Assembly: GCF_001194135.2 (NCBI RefSeq)
Contig: NC_068990.1
Span: forward strand, 57,663,872 to 57,727,871
DNA length: 64,000 nucleotides
Source of the DNA: Octopus bimaculoides
Lineage: Eukaryota
Reading direction: 5' to 3'
The notes under the pieces were generated by a model, which was not told where the DNA came from, did no database searches, and saw nothing but the letters and a program-made list of their open reading frames with translations. Each line of letters starts with the position of its first letter. Within the stretch, counting starts at the first letter, position 1. Position numbers and translations under genes: made by a program. Positions 1 through 12,147 of the stretch are shown here, one piece after another.

Positions 1-181
1 TTGGGGGAAGGGGGCTAGTCGATTACATTGATCCCAGTGCGTAACTGGTACTTATTTCATCGACCCTGAAAGGATGAAAGGCAAAGTGGATCTTGGCGTA
101 ATTTGAACTCAGAACATAGAGACGGACAAAATACCACTAAGCATTTTACCCAGCGTGCTCACCACTCTGCCAGCTCGCCGC
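1..181 (-). mobile_element. tRNA-derived SINE family A copy, cut by window start
   Basis: Reverse complement matches the family repeated through the window: head GGCGAGCTGGCAGA..TTAGC..GAGTTCAAATT and body GCCTTTCATCCTTTCGGGGTCGATAAA..AAGTACCAG. Confidence 0.85.
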
Positions 182-943
182 TTTATCACTTTTAAATAAT
201 AATAATGATTAAGGACGGGTTATGTTTTAGTTTTGAAATAAAGGAATAATACTGACATATCAGTGTCGAATAATATTCATTAATCATGTTTGATCAATGG
301 AATTACTACTTCTTTCTCAAGCATATGTATCCAGCTATGGATAACCAGCCTGTTTACTTCAAGAAAAATGCATTTTCAAGCTATACGAATGTCTAAAGTT
401 TAACACTATATAAAATTAATTGCAAAAACAATTTTCAAAATTATTTACGGAAATGTAACCCTCCAATCTTTAAAAGCAATCAAAGAGTCATACTCTCATG
501 GGTGACAGCTTGCAAATGTAAACACAGAAATATATTTTATTATATAGTAGTGAGATATGACAAATGAGTTGCACTTAACTGTAATATATGTCTGCAAGTA
601 GGCTGAACTCATTTTAGCGCTTCATAATTCTATATTTTAATTACAATAATAGCAGATTCTTAAGCAAAATAACAAAAATATATAGAAATGGATGAATGAC
701 AATTTTTAACGTTTATGCCTTCTCTAAAAGAACTGTGATATGTAGCCCAGTTTTAAATTCTGTTTTGTATCTATGTAGGGAATAGGCGTTTTAAAACACA
801 GATGTATAATGAATCAACAAACCAATGTTTTACAGATATTTTGGATTGTTGCCATGTTGGATAAATGTAAGACAATAGTAATTCATTTGTCCAGCTCACC
901 TTTAAAATGCCTCTATCCTGTTTGTAAAGTTTATGTATCTACT

Positions 944-945
<2 letters not shown>

Positions 946-1012
<67 letters not shown>
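946..1012. repeat. (GT)n microsatellite
   Basis: Direct reading; source of the poly-CV ORFs. Confidence 0.98.
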
Positions 1013-1016
<4 letters not shown>

Positions 1017-1764
1017 TGTAAAGCCTCCGCGTAAGTATGTGTTTTGTGTGTTAGTGACAGTGTTAGAAGTGCAGTCAGAACACATGAGCGAAGTTCTTTT
1101 GTTGAATGTAATACAATTCAATGAATTTTTGACTTCTGTGATCTATCAGTGTGATCTGTACAAATTTTAGTTTCTTTACAACTACGACCACTACAATCAC
1201 TGTTTATATTTATAAGATTCTTCCATAACTGCTCACTTCACCAGCTAAACAAATTGCCGTGAAATAATATCATTATTCAAGATTGCTTTCTTATAACGTT
1301 GCTTATTTTTACAGAGAATTATCGTTTTGTTTTTATTTGTATTTTGTTTTTCTCTTCTTTTCTTTTTTTATGCTCTTCTTCGGTTTCGCTTCGTTTGCTA
1401 TAAACCTTCCTGAAACTATTCCAATAGAGTCGTCTATAAAGTAGTATGTAGACATTCTTGGAACGTTTACGGATCGGCTCCTTTTCAGGAGTATATGGTT
1501 CGGTAACCCCTATAGCTTTTCATTTCACCTTGACTGGATAGATAGGAAACATTTTATTGGCCAATAAAAGGTCAATGCTTCGGTTTTCTTCATTTCCCAA
1601 GATTTATTTATTCTTATGATTTCTTTATACTATGATTTTAGAAACGGTACTTTCAATGTGTCTCCGTTAGACCAGTTTCTCATATGATTTCAACAAACTG
1701 GACCAATGTAAGCAAGAAATCTATAGCAGAACAATATATAATTGCTCTTATTTTTGCTGCTGCT

Positions 1765-1900
1765 GAGTTCAAATTTCGCCGAGGTCGAGTTTGCCTTTCA
1801 TCCTTTCGGGGGTCGATTAAATAAGTACCAGTTGAACTCTGGTGTCGATGTAATTGACACATACTCTCCCCCAAAATTTCTGCCCTTGTGGCAAAATATG
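1765..1900 (+). mobile_element. SINE family A fragment
   Basis: GAGTTCAAATTTCGCCGAGGTCGAGTTTGCCTTTCATCCTTTCGGGGGTCGATT..AAGTACCAG. Confidence 0.8.
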
Positions 1901-2537
1901 AAACCATTATTTTTGCTGTTACTGCTGCTGTTGCTGTTATTTAGCCCAGGATCATTCATCAACTTGGATAATTCTGTGACGGACCTGCCTCTCTTCTAAG
2001 GAGGCTTATATACACCAGAGAAACCGGGGAACCGTGCTTATGCTCCTTACGGAATGATGTTGACTAACCAGTGGGTCGATATAATCATCTGTTCCTTCTA
2101 TTATTTGTAACTTTATTCCTACGCAGAAAATATTATTAGAGAGATGAACTAGCAGGACAGTTACAACATTCAAAAATTGTCTTGGGATAATTTTCCTGGT
2201 TCTTTATGTTCTGGAATCAAATCTTGCCAAGATAAATTTTGCTTTTTATTCCTTCAGGGTAGACAACATAAAGTATCAATCATGCGCTGGTGTGATGGTA
2301 TCGAGTTACCTACCGCCTCTCAATCTTACTGGCCTTGTGCCTACAGTAAAACTTGTTATTAAATTATTTTTCTTTTTGTAACTGTCGTCGTTGCAATTAT
2401 TAGATCTGAGTGGTGACAGAAATGTCAAATACCGGATTAAATGTCTTGTAGAGGCGTTTTATTCTTCAACAATTTGAATCTGCAATGCTTTTGCAATTAT
2501 TACTTTAAGTCACTTCATTCATATTGCTAATTAATAT

Positions 2538-3052
2538 CAGTTTTAAATTTTGGCACAAGGCCAGCAAATTCGGAAGGAGGGCTTAAGTCGATTACATCGA
2601 TCCAGTATTCAGCTGGTACTTATTTTATTCTTTCTATTTCAGGCACAAGGCCTGAAATTTGGGAGAGGGGGACAATCGATTACATCGACATCGGAACTCA
2701 ACTGGTACTTAGTTTATCGACACCTAAAGGATAAAAGGTAAAGTCGACCTCGGCGGAATTTGAACTCAGAAGTAAAGACAGACGAAATACCGCTAAGCAT
2801 TTCGCCCGGCGTGCTAACGATTCTTATTTCTTTATTGCTCACAAGGGGATAAACATAGAGGGGATAAACAAGGACAGACAAAGGGATTAAGTCGATTACA
2901 TCGACCCCAATGCGTAAATGGTACTTAATTCATCGACCCCGAAAGGATGAAAGGCAAAGTAGGACTTGGCGGAATTTGAACTCAGAAGTAAAGACAGACG
3001 AAATACCGCTAAGCATTTCGCCCGGCGTGCTAACGATTCTGCCAGCTCGCGG
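2538..3052 (-). mobile_element. Tandem cluster of minus-strand SINE family A copies
   Basis: Segments at about 2538-2625, 2640-2824 and 2821-3052, each matching the family A reverse complement. Confidence 0.85.
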
Positions 3053-3085
3053 CTTTTCTTGTTAATTAACATTAATAGTGAATCC

Positions 3086-3262
3086 AAGGTGGCGAGCTGG
3101 CTGAATTGTTAGCACGCAGAGCAAAATGATCAGCTGCATTTCGTTCGTCTTTACGTTCTGATTTCAAATTCCACCGGGAGTGACTTTGCCTTTCATACTT
3201 TCGGGTTCGATAAAATAAGTACCAGTCGAACACTGGGGTCGATGTAATCAACTTAACTGCTT
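3086..3262 (+). mobile_element. SINE family A copy
   Basis: AAGGTGGCGAGCTGGC..CAAATTCC..GCCTTTCATACTTTCGGGTTCGATAAAATAAGTACCAG. Confidence 0.85.
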
Positions 3263-3371
3263 CGAACTTATTATTATGTACTACAGTAAGTATCAGACAT
3301 TTTCTTTTTCTAATGTGAACGACAAAGAATTTCATTCACCATATTTACTGAAGTAATAATGGAAGTGTTAT

Positions 3372-3592
3372 AAGGCGGCGAGCTGGCAGAAATGATAGCG
3401 CGCCGGGCGATTTGCCTAGCGGTATTTCGTCTGTCTTTACGTTCTGAGTTCAAATTCTGTCGAGGTCGACTTTGCTTTTTATCCTTTCGGGGTCGATAAA
3501 TTAAGTACCAGTTGCATACTGGTATCGGCCTGATCGGTTGCTCCCCAGCTACCCCAAAATTTCGGGGTCTTGTGCCTAGAACAGAAAAGAAT
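3372..3592 (+). mobile_element. SINE family A copy, near full length
   Basis: AAGGCGGCGAGCTGGCAGAA head through the ..TTGTGCCTAGAACAGAAAAG tail. Confidence 0.85.
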
Positions 3593-5133
3593 AATGAAAG
3601 TGTTATTAAGCGATTGTAAAAGAATGGTTATTTGTTGATATAAGGAATGAGAAGTGTTTAGAAAATCATTATGATTTGATTTCAAATTCAGTCTTCAGAG
3701 TCGGTGCTTCACTACGTATTTTTCCTTTAAAATCCATTTAGTTTTAGTAATCTTAACAGCATTTATTCTTTAGAAATTAGTGTGAATCCTGTTTTCTTCC
3801 TTGGTTTTGTTTTTAAATGTAGCTTGTTTTAGACGCATTTTATCTCTATCTTGTTCATCCCAGTGGGAAACTCGGCCAATTATTTGGTTGTCTCACCTTT
3901 GTATTCTCCAGTTGTAGCTAACTCCATCTCTCTAGGTAAGCATATAGACGCGTTATGGTCAATTTAAACGAAAAGCAATCAATCAATTATAGATGACGTC
4001 TACTAAAATCAAAACAATTGTGTCTCTCAGGAGTAAGTGTTTGTCAACACTTTCGACGTGCATCACATTGATAAAACGAATGAAAGAACTGGTAACTAAA
4101 TGAAAAAAAAAAGAAGTTCCTTACTGTGTCATACACGATATTTTCTTAAATAAATTATGAACGAACTACGAATCTGTATAATTTCTTTGATTCATTTCAT
4201 CAACCTCTGTTATAACCTTATCTTTTGTCTCTCTTTATATATTATCTTAGCCATTTCACAAGACTGCAAATAAACATAGAAAAGAAATAAGTATCTTGTG
4301 TGTCGTTTGTTTCTCACTAGTTCAGATATTTGAGATAAGAGTAAATAATGTTGAGTTTAATGCATGTTTAGAGACTGTAAATCACCCAGTTAAACGGATA
4401 TCTTACAATCAACCAAGACGTCAGTAGTTCGTATTCTACTATCGACACTATACTGAATCCATAGTCAAAACAATAATTTTATTCGTAAACTAGTTCCCCA
4501 AACTTTGAGAGAGTTCTGAGGCTGTGATGTACGTGAACTAGTTGAGTAGGATAAGTGTATTGTGTCTTCACTGCTGTAATCAGCAGCGGGTCTAGGAAGT
4601 TTACAAAAGATCCATTAAATTGCTATCCGGAGTTCCAATTCTTCCCAGTGTAAAATTTAGTTCTGATATAGTGTCGATTAATTCCCTCTCTCAAACATCT
4701 CTGGAACTGAAGATTGTTAATGTTGTGGTCAAGTCAGGGAGTCATAACAAAAAGGGAAGTAACTCAATATTGCTAGTCATTTAGTTTGGTGCTCTAATGT
4801 TTATATAACACAAATAGTCTCATAACTTCTCAATATATCAATTGTAAATCAAATCTCAAGGAAAATGAGACAGAACACCAGTAGTAATTAAATAACAGCA
4901 ATCGAAATCTAACATCAAATTACGATAATTATGATATTCAATACGACTTCTTTTTACACACACACACAGACACACACACATATGCGCACACATACGTTCA
5001 TGTAATTGATATTGCAAAATCCTTGATGTGGAACTGCGTTTTGAAGCAGATATTGTTATACTTGGAAATGGTCATATTTGCTACTAAATTACTAATAAAA
5101 TACATTCCCTGTATGTTTGGTCTAAATTTCAGA

Positions 5134-7300
5134 TTTCCAATGAACCCGAACGGTGGAGACGCGACGTGAAGCAAAATTACGATCGGGTCTTTGACAGATC
5201 AGGACGGGCGCGTGCTACTCGTCTCCGAACAGATGTNNNNNNNNNNNNNNNNNNNNNNNNNNNNNNNNNNNNNNNNNNNNNNNNNNNNNNNNNNNNNNNN
5301 NNNNNNNNNNNNNNNNNNNNNNNNNNNNNNNNNNNNNNNNNNNNNNNNNNNNNNNNNNNNNNNNNNNNNNNNNNNNNNNNNNNNNNNNNNNNNNNNNNNN
5401 NNNNNNNNNNNNNNNNNNNNNNNNNNNNNNNNNNNNNNNNNNNNNNNNNNNNNNNNNNNNNNNNNNNNNNNNNNNNNNNNNNNNNNNNNNNNNNNNNNNN
5501 NNNNNNNNNNNNNNNNNNNNNNNNNNNNNNNNNNNNNNNNNNNNNNNNNNNNNNNNNNNNNNNNNNNNNNNNNNNNNNNNNNNNNNNNNNNNNNNNNNNN
5601 NNNGCCTCTTCTGTACGTATTGGTACTCGAGCCACTGCTGCGGTAGTTGGAACAGTTAAGGAGATTCCCTTTCGCACTGCGACACGGAAGAGCAATTTCG
5701 GCGTATGCGGAGGGCGTCACCGCCATGATCAAATGCCGCCATCATGGTCGGAGGCGTCTGACTGTCGCCTTCGTCGGACACCTCCGAAGTGGAGACGGTC
5801 GGCGCCATTCTAGAGGAATATGAGTTGGCTGCACGAGCTAAAATCAACGCCGACAGATCGGTGGGTTGGGCTTCTGGAGATGCAGGTCGAGACCATCGGA
5901 CAGCGTCGTCGTACGCTGAACCGACGGACCAGTTAAACTGCTTGTGATCTGGTTTGGACCCGATCTTTAGTTAGATAAGAACTGGGACGAGATGACAAAC
6001 AGGGTGACCAGTCTTACTCAGAAATGGGCTAAGAGGAAGTTGTCCCTGAAAGGTCAGGCAAAGGTGGTGAATGTCTACATTGTCTCACTTATCATTTATC
6101 GCCTGACCGTCATGCCTTGTCTCGGTTACTGTTTGACCAAGTTGGAGCGTCTCTTATTTAATTTCTTTTGGAAAGTACGCGTTCCAATGGTCAGGCGGTC
6201 AATCTGCTGCCAGCACCCTCTGAGTGGCGGATTAAGTATGCCGCAACTTCTAACGCGCATACACGCTTAGGTTGCGCAACCTGCAATGATTTCTGGGCGG
6301 CGTTTGTGAGGAACGTCTTACTTCAGCTCGTTTCCTTAACGGAGCTGCAGTCCTGAGACTGGGCGCCTGACACCTAAAATTTCATCAGTCGCACACAGCC
6401 CTCTACCAGTCGGGCAATGGGATCGGTGGATGTTCCGCTCTAGCAATTTATAGAAGATTAGTGGCGGGGAAGTAAGGTGACGTTCTCGGGGAGACTGGGC
6501 GTCGACGAAAACGAACTGGCCAGTCTGTTCCGGAGGACTTTCCGATCAGGAACTATCATGAATAACTTCCAGATGTCCTTGACCTGGCAGTACTACCAGG
6601 GGCGCTAAGGCTTCAAGATAAACTCTACAGGCACGGATGTGCTGTCAGACGGGCTTGACCGAGGTGAGCGCAGAGTGACGAAACCGTTCTGCATGCACTC
6701 GTTCAGTGTCCGGGCAATGCTGACTTGTGAGGTTATGTCGTCACGTGTGGGACGTATCTGTCTATTTCCCGAGTCCATAGTGATGATTGCCTCGCCGCCC
6801 TCCTTTAATTGGTTAAGCAAGGCAGTTTTCCTTTTCCTAGCGACTGTGGCAAAAAAGGTTGTCTGAAGGACGAGGCTGGTAGGTTTAAGGTAGAGGTCAC
6901 ATTGAATTCTTCAAGGAAATTTATGATGGCGACGAAGGTGGTATCCTCAAGTGAGTTTATTGAATGAAGGGTGAACGTTACGAAAATAGCAAGAGTGGAT
7001 TGTATCTCTCTAAGTGTAAACCTGCAAGTCGGAGAAAGGGAATTGGAGAGAGCACTTGCCTTAGGTGTTCATGAAGATCTTGGACAATGTGGTTTTTCGA
7101 TTATCTCTAGAGGTCATCCCGTATCAAGAGGACTATATTTCTATCATTCCCCCCATTTTTAAACCTTTGTATACTATGTATATTTCCCTTAACCTTTTTA
7201 GACTATTTATTTATATATTTTATCAATTCATTATGTGCAAACGCCTACACTTTGGTATTGCGCCCAGCTCATCCTTCGCCCTGGAGGCAAAAAAATGAAA
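5134..7300 (+). mobile_element. Decayed Tx1/L1-clade non-LTR retrotransposon (RT C-terminal region and 3' end), interrupted by gap 5237-5603
   Basis: Translations YELAARAKINADRSVG, IWFGPDL and QKWAKRKLSLKGQAKVVNVYIVSLIIYRL..LERLLFNFFWK..VRRSICCQHPLSGGL match post-RT motifs of L1/Tx1 ORF2; frameshifts and stops present. Confidence 0.8.
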
Positions 7301-7324
7301 TCATTATTATTATTATTATTATTA

Positions 7325-7535
7325 TTGGCAGAATCGTTTGCATGCCGGGCGAAATAAATGCTTAGCAGTATTTCGTCTGCCGTTACATTCGGAGTTCAAA
7401 TTCCGAAGAGGTCGACTTTACCATTCATCCTTTCGGGATCGATAAATTAAGCACCAGTGAAACACTGGGATCGATGTAATCGACAAGTCCCCTCCCACCA
7501 AATTTCAGGCCCCTTGTGCCCATTAGTAGAAAGAG
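7325..7535 (+). mobile_element. SINE family A copy
   Basis: Family A head and body plus the GGCCCCTTGTGCCCATTAGTAGAAAG tail. Confidence 0.85.
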
Positions 7536-7542
7536 TTATCGT

Positions 7543-7564
7543 AATTATTATTATTATTATTATT

Positions 7565-7611
<47 letters not shown>

Positions 7612-7638
7612 TATTGTTATTATTATTACTATTATTAC

Positions 7639-7686
<48 letters not shown>
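7543..7686. repeat. Compound (ATT)n/(CAT)n microsatellite
   Basis: Direct reading; likely an expanded SINE tail. Confidence 0.95.
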
Positions 7687-7687
<1 letters not shown>

Positions 7688-8577
7688 CCAACGATGTAAA
7701 TTTTTTTTTTAATGAATTGACCTAAAATAGTCGAATCATGATAAAGTCACGAGAGTAATAAAAATGACTTCCTACGTATTCAGTAATAGTCAGTTTAGTT
7801 TCGTTTTATTTTGTAATACAATAATATACTATTAAGTAAGTAACTGTAAAAATATACGATATTATTGCAAATAAAAGAAAACTGAATATAGCAATAAACG
7901 CGTGTATCTGATATAACTACTATGACAGTACAATGATGCAGTATATATATATATGGGTGTATGTACATATGTAAGTATGCCTGTATGTATCTTGTATGTA
8001 TAAAGGTATAAATATATTTATGTATGTATATACCCTACGTAATATGTTTTCGTGCGTTTGTCAGTGTCTGTGCGTGTAGGTCGGTATATGTAACTGTTTC
8101 CAAAAACTTGTACTTCGACAACAACAACAACAAAAAAAACAACAGCATCAACAACAACAACGACGACCACGACTACGACCACGACAACGACAACAGCAAT
8201 ATAATCAGCTCTAATACATAAATTGCATGCTGGTCATGCTCAGCTTTGTAGTTTTACTACATCAGTAGAAGATATATGTCTATCGTTTTGTAACTTCACT
8301 GTCAGCAGCATGTTTTTATTTCCGCCATTGGGAGCCAAGCGAGATCTTTCATTTGAATCGATTTATTTATGTGACAACTAAAGATAAAAACGATTTCCCA
8401 TAGTTCGCGGCAGCCTCGATAAAATTGTGTTGAAAGACTTTCTAAATGTTTCCAATTGCTTTTGCTACCACGGAACTGTTTATACTTCTTTTTTATCTTT
8501 CTTATACCATGCTGCTATATTATGTAGCAGGTACAGTTATAGGTATTTATTTAAGAATGGTCTTATATCCTTGAACT

Positions 8578-8765
8578 TACATGTATGTATTTTCGTATGT
8601 ATGTATGTATGTATGTATGTATGTATGTATGTATGTATGTATGTATTTATGTATTTATGTATGTATGTATGCATGAATTATGTATGTATGTATTTATGTA
8701 TGTATGTATGCATGTATTATGTATGTATGTATTTATGTATGTATGTATGCATGTATTATGTATGC

Positions 8766-8795
<30 letters not shown>
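8578..8795. repeat. (ATGT)n array with an approximately 39-bp higher-order unit
   Basis: TATGTATGTATGTATTTATGTATGTATGTATGCATG(A/T)AT recurs about 2.5 times. Confidence 0.9.
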
Positions 8796-8797
<2 letters not shown>

Positions 8798-9030
8798 GTG
8801 CATATATGCATGTATGTCTGTGAATATTTCTATTTGTGTGTGTATATATACATACATACATGCGCACACTGCTGGTATTTTCACTTTAACATATGACTTA
8901 AGTCGTTTTCGTTTCCATTTAAGTATATATGTATGTGTATGAGTATGTATGTGTGCTTGTTTGTATGCCTGTTAATATACATATATGTATATAGATATGT
9001 GTGTGTGTGTGTACGTATATATATTCTTTC

Positions 9031-9429
9031 TTTTCTTTTACTTGTTTCAGTCATTTGACTGCTGCCATGCTGGAGCACCGCCTTTAGTCGAATCAAATCG
9101 ACCCCAGGACATATTCTTTGTAAGCCTAGTACTTATTCTATCGGTCTCTTTTTGCCGAACCGCTAAGTTACGGGGACCTAAACACACCAGCATCGGTTGT
9201 CAAGCGATGTTGGGGGGACAAACACAGATACACAACATATACACACATACATATATATATACATATACATATGACGGGCTTCTTTCAGTTTCCGTCTACC
9301 AAATCCACTCACTAGGCTTTGGTCGGCCCGCGGCTATAGTAGAAGACACTTGCCTAATGTGCCACGCAGTGGGACTGAACCCGGAACCATGTGGTTGGTA
9401 AGCATGCTACTTACCACACAGCCACTCCT
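9031..9429 (-). mobile_element. Composite tRNA-derived SINE family B, full length
   Basis: Sense strand reads AGGAGTGGCTGTGTGGTAAG..GGTTCAGTCCCACTGCGTGGC (tRNA-like head), an internal TA/CA linker, and tail ..GACTGAAACAAGTAAAAG; near-identical copies at 21.5, 46.8 and 56.5 kb. Confidence 0.9.
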
Positions 9430-9483
9430 GATATATATATATATATATATACACATACATACATACATATATACATACACAAA

Positions 9484-10090
9484 TACAGTCCCTCAGGAGG
9501 GTGTCTTGGGCCCGCTTCTGTTTATAATGTATATAAACGACTTTTTCAGCGTCATAAAACACAGCAAAATGAAAATATTTGCTTATAACTCCATGCTCCA
9601 GAAAATTATCAATGAAGAAAACCGAACTGAACTCCAGTCTGACGTGCATGCTGTAAGTCAATGGGAAAACAAAAACAAAATGCAACTAAGCAAGAGAAAA
9701 TTTGAGCTGATACATTTTGGAAGAAAGACTATGCTAAATCAGCCATACTCTCTTCCTTCAGGGGAACCACTCGCAGCATCTAATAATATGAGAGACCTAG
9801 GAGTAACTGTTGAAAACAATATTAGCTGGAGTGTCCACATCAACAATAAGGTCGATATAACTTGTAGGATGAGCTCCTGGATCCGAAGAACCTTCGGTCC
9901 AGAGAACAAGATGTCATCATTCTTCTTTTCTCCTCTTTTGTACGGACACACCTAGAATACTGCTGTTCCCTGTGGTCCCCCGCCATACAAAACAAAACAT
10001 TTCGAAAACTGAATCACTCCAGAGGAAATTCACCAAAAGATCTCAATTTTTGTGACCTCCTTAAAGCATTGAAATTCTGTTCTCTCTAGG
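9484..10090 (+). mobile_element. CR1/L2/Jockey-group LINE RT fragment
   Basis: VPQEGVLGPLLFIMYINDF..KIFAYNS (degenerate GVPQGSVLGP and FADD motifs) and downstream LEYCCSLWSP. Confidence 0.85.
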
Positions 10091-10370
10091 TAAAAGCTCA
10101 ATTAAAATCAATTTATTAAAAATTAAAATTAAATTAAGTTTCACAGTATTAAATATATATATATATANNNNNNNNNNNNNNNNNNNNNNNNNNNNNNNNN
10201 NNNNNNNNNNNNNNNNNNNNNNNNNNNNNNNNNNNNNNNNNNNNNNNNNNNNNNNNNNNNNNNNNNNNNNNNNNNNNNNNNNNNNNNNNNNNNNNNNNNN
10301 NNNNNNNNNNNNNNNNNNNNNNNNNNNNNNNNNNNNNNNNNNNNNNNNNNNNNNNNNNNNNNNNNNNNNN

Positions 10371-10469
10371 GGCTCGAAACGTAAAAGACTTTCTCACTTC
10401 CCGAGCGTTAAACTAATACGTCTGTTTGTTGTTTACACACCCGTCTTCGTCTTTTTTTTTTGTAAATTC

Positions 10470-10474
<5 letters not shown>
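10371..10474 (+). mobile_element. Short PLE-type terminal-repeat / retrozyme-like element, 5' part hidden in gap; homolog of 36129-36317
   Basis: GGCTCGAAACGTAAAAGACTTTCTCA..GTTAAACTAATA..GTAAATTCTCAC followed by (TA)n; colinear with the 36.2 kb copy. Confidence 0.65.
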
Positions 10475-10510
<36 letters not shown>

Positions 10511-12147
10511 TATTTCCAGCAATGGCTCTGACGAAGGTATCATTAATGTTGTTAGATCTTTGAATTTACCTCAATTGATCAATAGCTCAATCAAGTAAAC
10601 CTATCTATAATGACAACTGAAAACAACTGTAAGCCAAATTTGCACTAACAAAGGAGTTATATGTAAGTTATATGTGTGTGTGTATGTACATATGTTCATG
10701 TATGTGTGTGTTTATGTGTGTGTGTGCGCGTGCGTGTGAAATATAATAAGCAATAGTAAGCGCTATCGATAACTTAACCGTACATAGGAATATGTTTTTA
10801 TTTAATTTATATATGATTTGTCTTAAGAGTCTCTGAGTGTGCGTAATAATAGTTTGTTCCGTACAGCGTAAGGCGTTTTGTCATATTTCTAAATCTTCAA
10901 ATTTTAAACTTTGTAGAATTTGCAGGATAATTCCCTAACATATTTATTTTCCAAGGCCATTGCTCGTTTGGTCACCTAAGTTAGGAAACACCTGAGAGCA
11001 ATAGAACTTTTACAGAAAGTAGAAAATCTAACGTTAAACTTTTCAGTTATTAGATTTATATTTTTACTTATTTTATTTATCTATTTATTTTTGTTCAAGA
11101 ATTCGAATCCTACTAATGTTGATGCTTTCCTTCCATCAACCTCTCTGTCTAGTAGCGATGCTAGATCCCAATGCTAAAACTTTGCTCTACAGCAGTTTTC
11201 AAGCTATCGCTGCAATGTAAAGCTAAGCGTCCATGATAACTTTTACATTATATTTTGTGATTATCCTACAGAAATTTCAAAGCTTTCCAGTCTTCATTAC
11301 TTTATAATATAGCCTAATGGATAAAGTATTTGACTGCATGCTTGCGGGTCATGAATTCAGATATACCTCTAACATCAGTTGATACTTTATTTTACAGTTT
11401 CTTCGTTCATCTAGCCACCGGGAATTACTATCAGATCATTTAGGAATATTATATTCAGATAGAATTAGCCAGTAGCAATCATCTCTGCCAAGATTGCCAT
11501 TGAACTCGGGTTTTTTTTTTTATTACATTTTGCAAGTGCTGGCTCTGAAGCAAAATCCCTTGCACACTAATTGCATCGCATATAAGTATCTGCTAGCAAA
11601 TGGATATTTTCCTTTAATTGGGAGGAATCTACACTACTTAACAATGAGATAGTACCTGTTCTGGCCCTGGTTTTCTATATATCGCTAGCGGAGAGATGAG
11701 TCGCTGCTATCTCTAGCGGTCGAGCATCTATCAACCAATGAGATCAAAGAAGATCGAAATCACGTTACCCGGTGGTCTCAATGCTGGAGTTGGCGGGGAG
11801 TTATCTCCCCACTGGCAATATAAACAAACAAGCGTGCATTCTGTCCCAAAAAACTACATATATGAGAGTTTCTCTCATGGTAAATACCACAATAAAGTTT
11901 GTTCTAACAGAACATTCACATTTAAGTGGTAATAAATATTACATAAGAATAAGATATTAAGGTTGATTTAACTGTTTGAACATTTTTGCCAACACATTTT
12001 TTGCGAAGTAGAAAAAAAAATAAGATTCACCTTGTGTTTTGAAGTTTCATTAGAACGATGTCAACACATATCTGAGGGTATATGTCTTAACGTGAACACC
12101 TATAGCTGTCGATACATGCGAATGTCGAAAGATTGTTGTATAATGTT

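Noticed and set aside
2258-2362. Plus-strand exon after the strong acceptor TTTTATTCCTTCAG
   Set aside because: The sequence is a decayed SINE family A body and tail.
10070-10096. Recursive-splice-like TTCTGTTCTCTCTAG|GTAAAA
   Set aside because: It lies at the end of the CR1-like LINE fragment and is explained by that sequence.
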